NCBI GenBank assembly: GCA_963727525.1 | Contig: CAVSGO010000008.1 | Location: 1-64,000, forward strand | Length of the DNA stretch: 64,000 nucleotides | Origin: an uncultured bacterium | GTDB lineage: Bacteria > Krumholzibacteriota > Krumholzibacteriia > LZORAL124-64-63 | Direction of reading: 5' to 3' | In this document: positions 21,040 through 30,171 of the stretch, in pieces | Position numbering within the stretch: the first letter of the stretch is position 1 | Layout: the number at the start of each line of letters is the position of its first letter | The notes under the pieces: model-generated | Told to the model about the DNA's origin: nothing | What the model saw: only the letters and a program-made list of their open reading frames with translations | Database searches by the model: none | Translations under genes and position numbers: made by a program

Positions 21040-21209
21040 TCCTTGCCGATATCGATGTAGAGTGCGGTCGCGACGGCGTCGCGCGTCGAGTCGGGCTGGT
21101 CCGTCTTCTCGGAGGTGTTCGCGGACTTGCAGGTACAATTGCAGGGCGCACTGTCGCCGGATTGCGAGGCGGCGGCGCGGAGACTCTCGGGTTCGCTGGG
21201 ACGATGCAT
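21036..21209 (-). CDS. 57-aa CxCxC peptide, candidate rSAM substrate
   Basis: MHRPSEPESLRAAASQSGDSAPCNCTCKSANTSEKTDQPDSTRDAVATALYIDIGKD; AGGGGG upstream of ATG; mostly G/C third positions; fills an otherwise empty gap. Confidence 0.6.
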   Translation of the reverse strand: MHRPSEPESLRAAASQSGDSAPCNCTCKSANTSEKTDQPDSTRDAVATALYIDIGKD

Positions 21210-21325
21210 CCGTAACCCCCTGACGATGAGCGTTCGCGGGCGAGCCCCGGGAGGATACCGGTTGCCCACCGGGAACGCAACAGCGACCCTTTACATGAAG
21301 GAAATCTAGGGATGGCGCGAGCCGG

Positions 21326-21355
21326 TTGACACGCCGGGCGCGCGGGCGTTAGGTT
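21326..21355 (+). promoter_or_regulatory. Sigma70-type promoter for the surface-protein operon
   Basis: TTGACA-N18-TAGGTT about 80 bp upstream of the start codon. Confidence 0.55.
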
Positions 21356-21433
21356 TCCCGCCCAGACTCGCGGCCCCTTCCCCGCGAACGGTCTCGGTCC
21401 GGCTTTCCCGTAGCGGCCCCTCGGAGGTCCCCC

Positions 21434-23545
21434 TTGCGCCTGCCCGGCCTCGGTTCCGGCGAGCATCCGTACCGTCTCTGGCGCGTCGCGATCGTCGCGG
21501 TGGCCGTGCTGAACCTCGCGGTGGTCACGGCGATCGCAGGTCCCAGCGATACCCCGCCCGGTCCGGTGGACTACGTCTACACCAATGTGGGGCTCATCGG
21601 CCTGACGGTCACGAACCTCGGCTACATCGGCAACGGATTGCAACGCCAGTACCAGCCCTCGTGCGAGTATCCCCTGAACAGCCACGTGGAGCATCTCTTC
21701 CTGGGCGGCCTCTGGGTGGGCGCGGTGGCGCCGGACGGCACGATCCACGTGACGACGGGCATGCAGGATGCCGCCACCCTGCAGGCCGGCGACACGGCGC
21801 GTGAGTTCAAGAACTTCAGCGACGGCATTCAGGCCAACAACGCCGATCCCGAGAACCCCGAGTATCCCTGGAATCCCGACGAGCAGGTGCTCGTGTGGTC
21901 GAACAACCAGAACAGCCCCGACTACAACCTCGACGCCAAGGCCACGCAGGAATTTCGCTGCGTGTTCGACGACTACGTGCAGGCGGAGTCGGGGAGCCAC
22001 ACGCCGCTCGGGCTGAAGGCGATCCTCCGCACGCTCGCCTGGGGCGCGCCCTATGCCGACGACTTCGTGATCCTCGACTACGCCATCGTCAACATCAGCG
22101 GCGGCGAGCTGCGTGACGTCTACGTGGGGCTGTGGAACGACACCACGGTGGGCAACACCGAGCGCACCAATCCCTACGACGCCAACGCGCCCGTGGGCTG
22201 GAACTTCTACGACGACAAGAACGGTGCCTGGGGCCCGTCGGGTGCGGTCGCCGACTCGCTCGGCCTGGCGCCCGGGCACATCCCCACTGGCTCGCAGGTG
22301 ACGTCGGACCCCGGCATCTGGATGACGTGGGAGCACGACGACGACGGCGAGGAGGGCCAGGCCACGAGCTGGGTGGGCTGCCGGTTGCTGGGCACGAATC
22401 CGCGGGCGCAGCTTCAGATCGGCCGCTCGCCGGTGTCATACAACGCCTGGCGTTTTCAGGGCAATCCAGAACAGGACGACTTCTACCACGAAGACCCCGA
22501 AGACACCACCTCGGCGATTCATCCGGGCAAATACCAGGTGATGGGCAATGGCGCGTTCACCGTGGGCGAGACGCAGGCGATCGACTACACCTCGGCGAGC
22601 GACTGGGTAGGCCTGCTCACGACCGGGCCGATCCCCTACATGGCCGATGGCGACACCATCCACGCCACGTTCGCCATGGTCTGCGGAGCCGACTCGCTGA
22701 GCCTGCTGGCCAACGGAAAGGTGGCCCAGCTCGCCTATGACGCGGGCTTTACCATCCCGGGCGGGCCGCCGTCGCCACAGCTCTCGGTGGCGTACGAGTT
22801 CAACTCGATCAAGCTGCGCTGGACACCCGGCGATTCGCTCGATGCCGACACTGGCGAGCCTCTCGCGACGGACGATCCGCGCCGCTCGCCCGAGCACCAC
22901 ATCAGCACGCTCACCGGCAAGCCCGACTTCGAGGGATACCGCATCTATCGCTACCGCGGCCTGACGATCGATCGCGATCCGTACGAGATCTCCACGCTGG
23001 TGGCCGAGTTCGACAGGATCGACGGCATCGGATTCGACACCGGCCTGCCCCCGATGAATGATCGGGGGCAGCGCGAGTTCGTGGATACCGATCTGCTCGA
23101 TGGATTCCCCTACTGGTACTCCGTGGTGTCTTTCAGCGCGCCCGACGTGGAGGAGGGGCTCCCGTCCTTTGCGAGCGGCTTCAACGAGAACGCGGTGCAG
23201 GTGTACCCGGGCCCGGCCGCGCGCGAGTCGGCCGACGAAGGGCGCGTGAACGTGGTGCCCAATCCGTACCGCGCGGGCTCACTCTTCGACAACCCCAAGA
23301 GCGAGCTGGAGCTGGGCCGCAAGATCTGGTTCACCAACCTGCCGCCCCGTTGCTCGATCAAGATCTTCACCGTGTCCGGCGACCTCGTACGCACGCTGCA
23401 GCACGACGACCCGGTCGATGGCAAGCTCGCCTGGGACGTGCTGAGCGAGTCCGGCCGCTCGATCGCCTCGGGGCTCTACGTCTACGTGGTGACCAACGAG
23501 GACTCGGGCGAGGTGCAGCGCGGGAAGCTGGTGATCATCAAATGA
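21434..23545 (+). CDS. Secreted protein with a C-terminal T9SS/FlgD-like sorting domain
   Basis: Signal peptide; FEGYRIYR and YWYSVVSF (FN3-like); VVPNPY...IWFTNLP...IKIFTVSGDLVR...IASGLYVY...GKLVIIK. Confidence 0.85.
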   Translation: MRLPGLGSGEHPYRLWRVAIVAVAVLNLAVVTAIAGPSDTPPGPVDYVYTNVGLIGLTVTNLGYIGNGLQRQYQPSCEYPLNSHVEHLFLGGLWVGAVAPDGTIHVTTGMQDAATLQAGDTAREFKNFSDGIQANNADPENPEYPWNPDEQVLVWSNNQNSPDYNLDAKATQEFRCVFDDYVQAESGSHTPLGLKAILRTLAWGAPYADDFVILDYAIVNISGGELRDVYVGLWNDTTVGNTERTNPYDANAPVGWNFYDDKNGAWGPSGAVADSLGLAPGHIPTGSQVTSDPGIWMTWEHDDDGEEGQATSWVGCRLLGTNPRAQLQIGRSPVSYNAWRFQGNPEQDDFYHEDPEDTTSAIHPGKYQVMGNGAFTVGETQAIDYTSASDWVGLLTTGPIPYMADGDTIHATFAMVCGADSLSLLANGKVAQLAYDAGFTIPGGPPSPQLSVAYEFNSIKLRWTPGDSLDADTGEPLATDDPRRSPEHHISTLTGKPDFEGYRIYRYRGLTIDRDPYEISTLVAEFDRIDGIGFDTGLPPMNDRGQREFVDTDLLDGFPYWYSVVSFSAPDVEEGLPSFASGFNENAVQVYPGPAARESADEGRVNVVPNPYRAGSLFDNPKSELELGRKIWFTNLPPRCSIKIFTVSGDLVRTLQHDDPVDGKLAWDVLSESGRSIASGLYVYVVTNEDSGEVQRGKLVIIK

Positions 23546-25104
23546 CATGCGCGCGAGCACGAACGCGGACGGGGATGAGCGCCGCTCTGGTCACGGTGCT
23601 GCTGGCGCTGACTGTGGCGAGCTGGCTGGGATGCACCAACGACGCCTTCGATCCCGCGTCGGTGGACAATGCCGCGCCCACGGTACGCTTCTTCATCGCC
23701 CCGCCCGAATCGGGGGGCGACCTCAACGCCACGAGCTACAACAACCGTACGTTCCACTGGAGCGGGACGGATCGCGACGGCTTCGTCACCGAGTACTATG
23801 TATCGATCCGGTTGCAGGCCGACGTACCCGCGCCCTGGGATACGACCACGGCTACCGACACCACGATGACGTTCACCACCGACGACGAGGGCAACGCCGA
23901 GGCCACGTTCTACCTCGTGTGTCGCGACGACCGCGGCGCGCTGAGCGACACGCTGGTGCGCTACGTGCCACTGCGCAACTTCCCGCCCGCCCTCCATTTC
24001 CAGTCGGATTTCGACCCCCTGGTGAACATGCAGCGCGAGATCCACTACGATGGTAGCACACCCACGGACACCACGTACTGGAACTGGGGCGTGATGAACG
24101 CGCGCCTCTTCGTGTTCGATCTCGACGGCAACGATACCCTCGAGCCGTACTACTGGTACACGCTCGGCAGTCCTGACCCCGATTCGGTGCGATCCGAGGG
24201 AGCTCCCGGCGCGGATCCGGAACATTACTGGATCCAGGCGCCGTTCTCCGGCGTGGGCGACGTGTACGAGTTCGAGATCGACGTGCGCGACGCGTCGCCC
24301 GGCGACCGCACCCTCACCGTCGCCGTGCGCGACGAGGCGGCGGCGGAGACCCGGCTCACCTACTCGTGGCAGGTGCGCGCGCCGCGCGGCGACGTGTTGC
24401 TCGTGCCGGACAACTACGGCTCCCAGATCACCACGTTGTACCGTCCCTTCCTCGACGACTATCTTGGCGTCGACGGCTACGATCGCTACGACTTCTGGAA
24501 GGGATTCCCCGATCGCGCCTGGGTGCTGCTGGAGTCGTTGCGCAAGTTCGACGTCGTGGTCTGGCTCGGCGGCGGTTCCACCAGCCAGATCGCCATCCGG
24601 GCGGCGGCCGCCGGCGGTGTTCTCCAGCAATACGTGCAACCGAACGACGACAGCGTGCCAGGGCGCCTGGTGATGGTGTCACGCGCGCTCACGGGCAACT
24701 CGGGCGATCTGCCCGCGCCCTTCCTGCAGACCGTACTGGGCATCAAGTCGACCGGCGATCCCCTCACCGACCTCGCGCCGGGCAACAGCGCCGTGGGCAA
24801 GCAGGCGCTGGGTCAGGCGGCCTGGCTACCGCCCATGACGCTGGCCGGCACCACGGGACGCGGCGTCGGACTCGACCTTCTCGCCGGGACCGAGGCGATC
24901 TACCAGTTCGAGGAGTGCATCCGCTGCTACAGCACGCGCCCGCGCTGGGACCCCATCATCGTCGCGCGCCGGCCCCTGCGCGACTTGCAGATGTACGCCA
25001 GCACCGTCAGTGTCTCGTTCCAGCTCGAGACCATGGACCACGACGAGGCCCTGGCCGCGCTGGCCGCCCTCTTCGCGAACGAGCTGGGGGTGACGCAACC
25101 GTGA
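23542..25104 (+). CDS. Lipoprotein with Ig-like domains
   Basis: Lipobox WLGC; NAAPTV...FHWSGTDRDG...DDRGALS; ATGA overlap (alternative start 23575). Confidence 0.8.
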   Translation: MTCARARTRTGMSAALVTVLLALTVASWLGCTNDAFDPASVDNAAPTVRFFIAPPESGGDLNATSYNNRTFHWSGTDRDGFVTEYYVSIRLQADVPAPWDTTTATDTTMTFTTDDEGNAEATFYLVCRDDRGALSDTLVRYVPLRNFPPALHFQSDFDPLVNMQREIHYDGSTPTDTTYWNWGVMNARLFVFDLDGNDTLEPYYWYTLGSPDPDSVRSEGAPGADPEHYWIQAPFSGVGDVYEFEIDVRDASPGDRTLTVAVRDEAAAETRLTYSWQVRAPRGDVLLVPDNYGSQITTLYRPFLDDYLGVDGYDRYDFWKGFPDRAWVLLESLRKFDVVVWLGGGSTSQIAIRAAAAGGVLQQYVQPNDDSVPGRLVMVSRALTGNSGDLPAPFLQTVLGIKSTGDPLTDLAPGNSAVGKQALGQAAWLPPMTLAGTTGRGVGLDLLAGTEAIYQFEECIRCYSTRPRWDPIIVARRPLRDLQMYASTVSVSFQLETMDHDEALAALAALFANELGVTQP

Positions 25105-27944
25105 GGCGCGCGCTCGCACGTTGCCTGGCCCTCGCGACCGTCGTCGCCTGTCTGTGCGGCGCGCCGCCGGCGCGGGCCCAGGTCACGAGCACCGGAATCA
25201 TCAAGGGGCACATCTACGACAGCGAGACCGGCGAGACGATGCCCTACACCAACGTGTACATCGCCGGGACCAACGTCGGCACCATGGCCTTCACCGATGG
25301 CTACTTCATCATCCGCGGCCTGCGTCCGGGCACGTACACCGTGAAGGCCAGCTATATCTCGTACACCATAGGCACCAAGACCGTTACCCTGGAACCAGGC
25401 GCCGTCGTCAATGTCGACTTCCGTCTCGACCAGCACGCGATCCTCGTGGATGCCATCGACGTGGAGGCCGAGCGCGCCCTGATCGAGATCGACAAGACCG
25501 GCACCAGCCACTACCTGTCGTCGAAACAGATCGACGCGATGCCGGTGGATCAGATCGTCGACATGATCGCGCAGCAGCCGGGCGTGACGCTGCAGGACAA
25601 CTCGATCCACATCCGCGGCGGCCGTGCCGACGACACGCAGTTCATCGTCGACGGCATGTCGGTGAACGACCCGCTGGCCGGCGGCGGCTACGGCTACCAG
25701 ATCGACCCGTCGATCATCAACGAGATCGAGGTGCTCACGGGCGGTTTCAACGCCGAATATGGCCAGGCCGTGTCGGGCGTGGTGAACGTCAGCACCAAGG
25801 AGGGCAGCGATCGCCTCGAGGGGCGCGTGAGCATCAAGCGCGACTACCTGAACCGCACCGTGCCCAAGAACGACTACGAGGGCTGGCGCACGCTCGACCA
25901 CTACGGCGAGCCGCAGAACATCGACAATATCAAGCTCTCGCTGAGCGGGCCCGATCCCGTCACCAGCGGACTGCGACGCCTCGGTCTGAGCCTGCCCGGC
26001 ACGCAGTATCTGCTGGTGAGCGGCTCGGTGGACATGCGTGACGGTTACTTGCCCATCTATTCGCGGCAGAAGCGCCTCGACTCGCCGCTGTACTCTGGCA
26101 GCTTCTGGGCGCCGCGCGAGGACAACGACTGGAACGGCCTCGCCAAGTGGACCTGGAACATCACGCCGAGCCACAAGCTGAGCGTGAGCACGAGCCGGCA
26201 GTTCAACATCGGACAGGGTTTCAACCTTCCGGGCGAAGGCTATCCGCGGCCGTTCATCGACAACCTCGACAACTTCCTGGTGTTCACCAGCGAGAGCATC
26301 CTGACGAACGTCTACTGGCGGCAGGTGCTCAGCGATACCGATTGGTACGAGGTGACGCTGGGCCGCAACTGGACGCGCCAGCACGCCAACGTCAACGGCA
26401 ACGACGATTTCACCACCTACGATCTCATCAACGCGCCGCCGGGTCCGTCGAATCAGGCGTACGGCGGCGCCGACCGCTGGCATGACCACTATGCCGAGGC
26501 CTACACCGGCAAGGCCACGTACTCCTTCTACGGTGGCAGTGGCAACCAGCTCAAGACCGGGCTCGAGATGAGCATGACCGAGATGCAACTCGTCGACTTG
26601 CAGTCGCGCCTGGGATCGCCGCCGCCGGGCAAGCTGGCCATTCGCGAGGACATCTTCACTGCACATCCGGTGGTGGGTGCGGCGTTCTTCCAGGATACGA
26701 TCGACTACCACGGCCTGATCGTGAACGCGGGTGCCCGGTCCGACCTCTGGGCGCCGGGCCGCGAGGTGGAGTCGGTCATGGCCCATCCCGACGAGTACCT
26801 CTTCATCTACGACGACATGGTGCGCGAATTCCATGACAAGACCACGCGTTTCGCCGGCCGCAACTGGAAGATGCGCATCTCGCCGCGCCTGGGCCTGAGC
26901 TTCCCGGTGACGAAGACGGACAAGTTCTTCTTCAACTACGGGCACTTCAGCCAGTGGCCGCGCTTCGCCTACGTCTACCCGCAACTCGAGACGCAACGTG
27001 CCACTCAGGTGCAGCTCCTGGGCAACCCCAATCTCGATCCCAAGGTGACGGTGGAATACGAGACGGGTATCCAGCACGAATTCGCAGGGCTCTGGAGCCT
27101 GGGCGTGACGCTGTACAACCGCGACATCTACGGCTACGCCAAGAGCGTGAGCCTGGGCGCCGTGGACATCAGCGCCGCCGAGACGCCCGATCCCAACGAC
27201 ACGGGCACGGTTACCATCCAGCCGGTGCGCTACTTCAACGGGGATTCGGCACGGAGTCTGGGCATGGAGATCTCGGTGATCAAGCGTACTACGCGCTGGC
27301 TCAGCGGATCGGCGAGCCTGGAGCTGTCGCGGGCCACCGGCACCAACAGCACGGCGGACGAGGCGTATCTCCAGGCGATTTACCAGGAGAACTACCAGCC
27401 CACCGCCAGCATCGGCGGGCTCGTGCGCACGGCGCTGCTGTGGGACAAGCCGTGGACGTTCAGCCTGAATCTCGATTTCTCGGTCTTCGACCGCGATCGG
27501 CCGGAGCTGCTCGGCCTGCTTCTACCGCCGAACTGGAGCCTCAACCTGCTGATGAACGCCGAGGCGGGGCAGCGCTACACGCCGATGACCCACCTCGGTC
27601 CCAACGACAACGTGCGCGGCGATTACTACAGCAAGCTGGGGCCCGCGCAGAGCACGGTGAACCTGCGCTTCAGCAAGTTCTGGAAGACGGGAGCCCACGG
27701 GAAGGTGACGTTCTTCCTCGAGGGTCGCAACATTTTCAATCACAAGAACTACCGGCGCGTGAACCCATTCACCGGTGAGGGGTACAAGGTCGGCGACTAC
27801 AACCCGTCCTGGGTGGAGAAGTGGACCACCGATCCGGAGAATCCCCTGTCGACCAACAGCGAGGAATACGCGAAGGGTGTCGTCGATCCCAGCTACATCG
27901 TGAATCCTCGCACCTTGCTCTGGGGGGTGAGCTACCAGTGGTGA
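25101..27944 (+). CDS. TonB-dependent receptor
   Basis: N-terminal carboxypeptidase-regulatory-like domain; plug IHIRGGR...TGGFNAEYGQAVSGVVN; GNPNLDP; terminal aromatic residue. Confidence 0.95.
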   Translation: MRRALARCLALATVVACLCGAPPARAQVTSTGIIKGHIYDSETGETMPYTNVYIAGTNVGTMAFTDGYFIIRGLRPGTYTVKASYISYTIGTKTVTLEPGAVVNVDFRLDQHAILVDAIDVEAERALIEIDKTGTSHYLSSKQIDAMPVDQIVDMIAQQPGVTLQDNSIHIRGGRADDTQFIVDGMSVNDPLAGGGYGYQIDPSIINEIEVLTGGFNAEYGQAVSGVVNVSTKEGSDRLEGRVSIKRDYLNRTVPKNDYEGWRTLDHYGEPQNIDNIKLSLSGPDPVTSGLRRLGLSLPGTQYLLVSGSVDMRDGYLPIYSRQKRLDSPLYSGSFWAPREDNDWNGLAKWTWNITPSHKLSVSTSRQFNIGQGFNLPGEGYPRPFIDNLDNFLVFTSESILTNVYWRQVLSDTDWYEVTLGRNWTRQHANVNGNDDFTTYDLINAPPGPSNQAYGGADRWHDHYAEAYTGKATYSFYGGSGNQLKTGLEMSMTEMQLVDLQSRLGSPPPGKLAIREDIFTAHPVVGAAFFQDTIDYHGLIVNAGARSDLWAPGREVESVMAHPDEYLFIYDDMVREFHDKTTRFAGRNWKMRISPRLGLSFPVTKTDKFFFNYGHFSQWPRFAYVYPQLETQRATQVQLLGNPNLDPKVTVEYETGIQHEFAGLWSLGVTLYNRDIYGYAKSVSLGAVDISAAETPDPNDTGTVTIQPVRYFNGDSARSLGMEISVIKRTTRWLSGSASLELSRATGTNSTADEAYLQAIYQENYQPTASIGGLVRTALLWDKPWTFSLNLDFSVFDRDRPELLGLLLPPNWSLNLLMNAEAGQRYTPMTHLGPNDNVRGDYYSKLGPAQSTVNLRFSKFWKTGAHGKVTFFLEGRNIFNHKNYRRVNPFTGEGYKVGDYNPSWVEKWTTDPENPLSTNSEEYAKGVVDPSYIVNPRTLLWGVSYQW

Positions 27945-29002
27945 GGTGCCTGCGGCAGATCGGATGGGTGCGCGGGGTGGTGGTCGCCCTGCTCGGACTC
28001 GTCCTTTTCGCGTCCGGCGAGGCCCGGGCGGTGGGCGACCTGCTCCAGCTCTACGGTGAGGAGAACGTGGGCACGGCGGGCGGCCAGTTCCTGAAGATCC
28101 CGGTGGGCGCGCGCGCCGTGGCGCTGGGCAAGGCCTACGTGGCCTGCGCGATCGACGGTCCGGCGGCGTTCTGGAACCCGGCGGGCCTGCTGCGCACGCC
28201 GGGTCGCCGCAACATCTTCGCCACCCACGTCATCTACACCGCCGACATCGACCTCGACTACGCGTCGATCAACTGGCGCGGGCAAAACTTCGGCTACGCT
28301 ATTTCCGCCGGCATGCTGCGGTCGGGCGACATCCCGCGCACCACCGAGCTGAACATGGAAGGCACCGGCGACACCTTCCACGCCGACCAGTACGTGCTCG
28401 GCTTCAGCCTGGCCCGGGCCATGACCGACCGCTTCTCGGTGGGCGGTACCGCGAAGTACCTGCAGGAGAACCTCGACGAGTGGGAAACACGGACGGTGCT
28501 CTTCGACATGGGCATCCTCTACTTCCTGGGCGTGGGCGATCTGCGCGTGGGCTTCGCCGTGCGCAACTTCGGTCCCGATCTGAAGCCGGGCGGTACGCCG
28601 CCCGACCCCGGCAACGGGCGCGAGCCGAGAGGCGAATTCCAGGCGTCGGCCGCTCCCACCGAGGGCGCGTTCGGCGTGGCGAACACCTGGGATCTCGCCG
28701 AAAACGTGGGTCTGCTCACCACCGCCGATTTCAACCATCCGAGCGATGCGAAGGAGAGCTTCCGCGTGGGGGCCGAGCTGGGCCTGCGCAGCATGCTCTA
28801 TCTGCGCGCCGGCTACGAGACGGGCCGGGCCGAGGGTGGCCTCGCGGCGGGCTTCGGCCTGCAGCTTCGTCGCAACCAGATGCTCTGGCGCATCGACTAC
28901 GGTTACAGCGATCTTGGCGCCTTCGGCGCGATCCACCACTTCTCCCTGGAGCTGTCGCCCCTGTGGGCCAAGGAGAAGCACCGGCATGGGAGGGCTCGCT
29001 GA
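27941..29002 (+). CDS. PorV/PorQ-family (UPF0164) outer-membrane barrel
   Basis: GTAGGQFLKIPVGARAVALG...FWNPAGL; IDYGYSDLG. Confidence 0.9.
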   Translation: MRCLRQIGWVRGVVVALLGLVLFASGEARAVGDLLQLYGEENVGTAGGQFLKIPVGARAVALGKAYVACAIDGPAAFWNPAGLLRTPGRRNIFATHVIYTADIDLDYASINWRGQNFGYAISAGMLRSGDIPRTTELNMEGTGDTFHADQYVLGFSLARAMTDRFSVGGTAKYLQENLDEWETRTVLFDMGILYFLGVGDLRVGFAVRNFGPDLKPGGTPPDPGNGREPRGEFQASAAPTEGAFGVANTWDLAENVGLLTTADFNHPSDAKESFRVGAELGLRSMLYLRAGYETGRAEGGLAAGFGLQLRRNQMLWRIDYGYSDLGAFGAIHHFSLELSPLWAKEKHRHGRAR

Positions 29003-30171
29003 TGCGTCGCGCCGACCTGCGTTCCCTGAGCTTGCTGCCCGTCGCCGCCGTGGTCGTGCTCGTGGTCGTCGGCCTGGGCGGTCTCGGCGGGTGCGGTGAG
29101 AAGATCGGGATCCCCGAGGCGCAGGGCCTCTTCTCGGTGGCCCACTACATCCTGGAAGACTCCTTCGCCGAGCCGGATGCGCGGCAGGTGATCACCGTGC
29201 AGGGCAACCTGTTCGTGCTCGCGGGCGACCGCCTGACCAAGCGCACGCGCGACTTCGGTGTCGTCGGCGAGGTCGCCGGCCTGAGCGACGCGCGCGCGCT
29301 CTGCGCGAACGCTGCCGATTCCCTCGTCTTCGTCTGGGATCAAGGATTGCATCGGGTGACGTGGTACTCGGCGCAATCGCTCGAGGTGCGCGGGTCCAGC
29401 GACCTGCCGGAGGTCGGCCGCGTCGTGTCGATGGTCACCTGCCAGGCCGGCGTCGAACTTGCGGCCGGCGCGTCGACGTTCCTGTATCTGGCCGACCCGG
29501 ACAGCGGTGTCGTGCACCGTTACGCCTACTATCTCACGGACGAGCTTTTCGCCTTCGGCATCCTCTGTAACAGCAACGGCGATGGCGCGCGTTTCGTGCA
29601 TGATCCGGCGGGCATGGCGCGCGACAGCGCCGACAGCTTGCTGGTCTGCGACCTCGATACGTTGCGGCACTGGGTGATCCGGTTCGACGCGGAGCCCGAC
29701 CTCAGCGACACGTCGCCCGACGACACGCAGCCCGACCCCTTGCGCGGCCGGCTGGCGCTCTTCGATTTCCCCACCTGCAATCCCTCGCCGGCGGCCGACT
29801 ACGTGCTCGGCAACGCGCCCGGATGCGATCCGGCGAGCTGGGTGCCCGGTGCGAGCGATTCCCTCGGCTACTTCGACCGTCCCACCGGTGTGGCGGTGGA
29901 CGGGCTCGGCCGCATCTACGTGGCCGACATGGGGAACGATCGCATCCAGCGCTTCACGCCCGTCGGCCACTTCGACATTTCATTCGGCTCCGCCCACCTC
30001 ACGCCGGCGCCAACGAGCGTGGCAGTGGTGGATGTGCGCTACGATGCAGGGGCGTCGGCGGTGGATTACGGCGCCTACGTCTTCGTGATCAGCAACGGTG
30101 CCGTACTGCGCCTCATCTCCGGCGAGCACTACCTGCGCGAGAACGAGGGTCCTCCGCCGCCGCAGGGCTGA
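29002..30171 (+). CDS. NHL-repeat lipoprotein
   Basis: Lipobox GGC; FDRPTGVAVDGLGRIYVADMGNDRIQRF. Confidence 0.85.
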   Translation: MRRADLRSLSLLPVAAVVVLVVVGLGGLGGCGEKIGIPEAQGLFSVAHYILEDSFAEPDARQVITVQGNLFVLAGDRLTKRTRDFGVVGEVAGLSDARALCANAADSLVFVWDQGLHRVTWYSAQSLEVRGSSDLPEVGRVVSMVTCQAGVELAAGASTFLYLADPDSGVVHRYAYYLTDELFAFGILCNSNGDGARFVHDPAGMARDSADSLLVCDLDTLRHWVIRFDAEPDLSDTSPDDTQPDPLRGRLALFDFPTCNPSPAADYVLGNAPGCDPASWVPGASDSLGYFDRPTGVAVDGLGRIYVADMGNDRIQRFTPVGHFDISFGSAHLTPAPTSVAVVDVRYDAGASAVDYGAYVFVISNGAVLRLISGEHYLRENEGPPPPQG

